Positions 62,051 through 64,000 of a stretch of DNA of 64,000 nucleotides are shown here, in pieces. Made by a program: the position numbers and the translations under genes. The number at the start of each line of letters is the position of its first letter. The first letter of the stretch is position 1. Below the pieces are notes generated by a model. That model was given only the letters and a program-made list of their open reading frames with translations. It did no database searches and was not told where the DNA came from. Origin of the DNA: an uncultured delta proteobacterium (GTDB lineage: Bacteria > Myxococcota_A > Polyangia > Polyangiales > Polyangiaceae); assembly GCA_963841435.1 (NCBI GenBank), contig CAWJCS010000006.1, forward strand, positions 576,001-640,000. The letters run 5' to 3'.

Positions 62051-64000
62051 ATGGGCGCCCTCGACGACCTGCTCTCGTCCTGGCGAGCGAATCCTGACGC
62101 GGACTCCACGGTCGCGCTCTGCGCGTACCTCGGCGCCTCGGGCCAGGATCAACTCGTTCGCGAGGTCGGCAAGACTGCCGAGACCTGGCACGCGCGCGAC
62201 GTGACCGTGATGCTGTCCGTGGGGCGCATGTACCTCGACGCCGCGCTCCTGCCCGAGGCGCAAGCGGCGCTCGTGACGGCGGGTAAGGCGGACGCCGCGA
62301 GCCCCAAGCCGTTTCGCTACCTCGGCGAGGTGCTCTTGCGGCGCGGCGACGCGCTGCGCGCCGAGAAGGTGCTGGCACGCGCCATCCAGCTCGGCGCGTA
62401 CGATGCCGAGGCCCAGCACTGGCACGATCGCGCGTCGTTTTACATCCCGCTGCAGAAGCGCATCGGCGCGCCCGCCGTGGCGACGGAGGTTGCTCGCGCG
62501 CTGCCGGTACGCTTGTCAATCCCGCCGCCCGCGATGCGACCCGAGCCGTTCCGCAGCGACGAAATCACGAACCCTCGGGCCTCGGACCCGCTGCCCCGCT
62601 TCGACTCCACCGAGGAGATCAGCCAGGTCGAGGAAATCGGCGCTCCCACGCCGCAGGTGACGCCCGGCGCGCGCCCGGGGCGCCGGACCATGCTCGGCGG
62701 AGCCGCGCCGAGCCGCGCCGCCGCACCCCGCTCGCGCTCGGCCGGCCCACCTCAGCCCGTGGCGCACCACACGCTTCCGTCGCCGCCGCCGCCGCGCCCG
62801 CCGAGCGCCGAGGAGATCGACGTGGAGCCGCTCGACAACGTCCCCCACTTCGCAACCTCGCCGAATGGCGCACGGCGCATGGAAAATCCCTTCGATGCTC
62901 CGACGAACCCCTTCGACGCCCCGACGCGCCCCGCGGCGCTGCGCGGCTCGGTCAATCTGCCTTCGCCCGGGCGTGTGCCCTCGGCGCGTAGGGTGGGCAC
63001 CACTCAGCCGGAGCCGTTCCCGGCGTTCGTGGGGGACATGGCGCCGCGCAGCGACGTGCCGACGCAGCGCTACGACGTGGGCCAGGGGCCGGGGCCGAGC
63101 GTCGTGCTCGAGCACCTCGCGCGCGTCGGCGTGTTCGAGCCCGGCGGTGGCGCCCAGCCTGCGTGGGAGCAGGCTCCGCGCCAGAGGTCGCGCGGCACGT
63201 GGGTGATCCTCGTCGCAATCGTGCTCCTTTCGGGCGGCGGCATCGGGGGCTGGCAGTACGCCAAGCAGATCAAGGCCGAGAAGGCGGCGCACGCCGTCGC
63301 CCTCACGAAGGAGGTCGACGGAATGCTCCACGGCGGCAACGTCGCGGCCCTCCGAGCCACCGACAAGAAGCTTTCGGAGGCGTTCGAGCTCGACTCGCTG
63401 AGCCAGCGCGCTGCCCGCCTGTGGCTCGAAAATCGTGTGCTCCGCGCGCTCTTGCTCGACGAGGAAACCAAGGGCATCGATTCCGCCATCCACCGCGGCC
63501 ACACCGTCGGGCTGCCGGAGAAGGACCTGGCGTTCGGACGCATGGCGTCGTTCCTCGTCGAGGGAGACCTCGCTGGCGCCGTGGCGCAGCTGCCGAAGTG
63601 GGACAAGGAAGCCGGGCGCGATGCCTTCTACCAGCTCGCCGCGGGGGCCGTGCTCGAGCGGGCCGGCGATCTGCGCGCCATCGAACGCTACGAGGCGGCG
63701 CGCTCGCTCGACCCGAAGCTCGTGGCCGCCGACATCCTGTTGGCTCGCCTCGCGCTCTTCGAGCTCGGCAAGGAGCGAGCTCAACCGGTCATCGACGCGC
63801 TCAAGGCCAAAGTCGGCGAGACCGCGAGCGTGCGTGCGCTGCGTGCGCTCGCCTGGGTCGTGAGCGCCAATCGCGGCGACGAGCCTCCCTCCGACGCTCG
63901 GCTCTCCGAGAAGGACGCCGCGGAGCTACCGGCGCCTCTCGCGCCCATCCCGCACATGCTCGACGCCGCGCTCGCGGTGCGCGCCGGTGACCACGAAAAG
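62051..64000 (+). CDS. TPR / Pro-rich / TM / TPR protein, truncated by the window end (absent from the ORF track)
   Basis: MGALDDLLSSWRANPD..PFRYLGEVLLRRGD..; in-frame TM WVILVAIVLLSGGGIGGW at about 63200-63253; downstream AIERYEAARSLDP TPR. Confidence 0.8.
   Translation, partial: MGALDDLLSSWRANPDADSTVALCAYLGASGQDQLVREVGKTAETWHARDVTVMLSVGRMYLDAALLPEAQAALVTAGKADAASPKPFRYLGEVLLRRGDALRAEKVLARAIQLGAYDAEAQHWHDRASFYIPLQKRIGAPAVATEVARALPVRLSIPPPAMRPEPFRSDEITNPRASDPLPRFDSTEEISQVEEIGAPTPQVTPGARPGRRTMLGGAAPSRAAAPRSRSAGPPQPVAHHTLPSPPPPRPPSAEEIDVEPLDNVPHFATSPNGARRMENPFDAPTNPFDAPTRPAALRGSVNLPSPGRVPSARRVGTTQPEPFPAFVGDMAPRSDVPTQRYDVGQGPGPSVVLEHLARVGVFEPGGGAQPAWEQAPRQRSRGTWVILVAIVLLSGGGIGGWQYAKQIKAEKAAHAVALTKEVDGMLHGGNVAALRATDKKLSEAFELDSLSQRAARLWLENRVLRALLLDEETKGIDSAIHRGHTVGLPEKDLAFGRMASFLVEGDLAGAVAQLPKWDKEAGRDAFYQLAAGAVLERAGDLRAIERYEAARSLDPKLVAADILLARLALFELGKERAQPVIDALKAKVGETASVRALRALAWVVSANRGDEPPSDARLSEKDAAELPAPLAPIPHMLDAALAVRAGDHEK

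Overview
High-GC chromosomal window, probably from a Myxococcota bacterium (gene content suggests Polyangiaceae/Sorangiineae; inference). It contains the 3' part of a type II secretion operon (gspE-F, gspG-like, G-H-I-J-K-L-M-N), a 1766-aa kinase-like/TPR protein, ftsB, methylmalonyl-CoA mutase/meaB/epimerase, accBC, nth, gyrA, bamA, a parC/parE-like pair, an FHA-sigma54 activator, a nitrilase, MerR-TPR, def, ribD/nrdR, yceD-rpmF-fabH-fabD-fabG-acpP-fabF, osmC, a cyclophilin, surface lipoproteins, HMG-CoA lyase, purF and a truncated TPR membrane protein missing from the ORF track. No rRNA, tRNA, CRISPR array, transposase or prophage was recognised. Several genes, above all gyrA and bamA (about 28.8-33.7 kb), carry frameshifts that are most likely read/assembly errors. 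The most unusual signals are three intact proteins whose catalytic motifs are eroded: an aconitase homologue without its Fe-S cysteines, an FHA-TadA/CpaF homologue without Walker A/B, and a pseudokinase-TPR giant with an EAD/death-like N-terminal module. Also notable are a GspG-like protein without a prepilin site, a candidate three-way-junction RNA or MITE at 42.3 kb, and repeated leaderless-type -10 boxes. All family assignments come from motif recognition by eye, not database searches.
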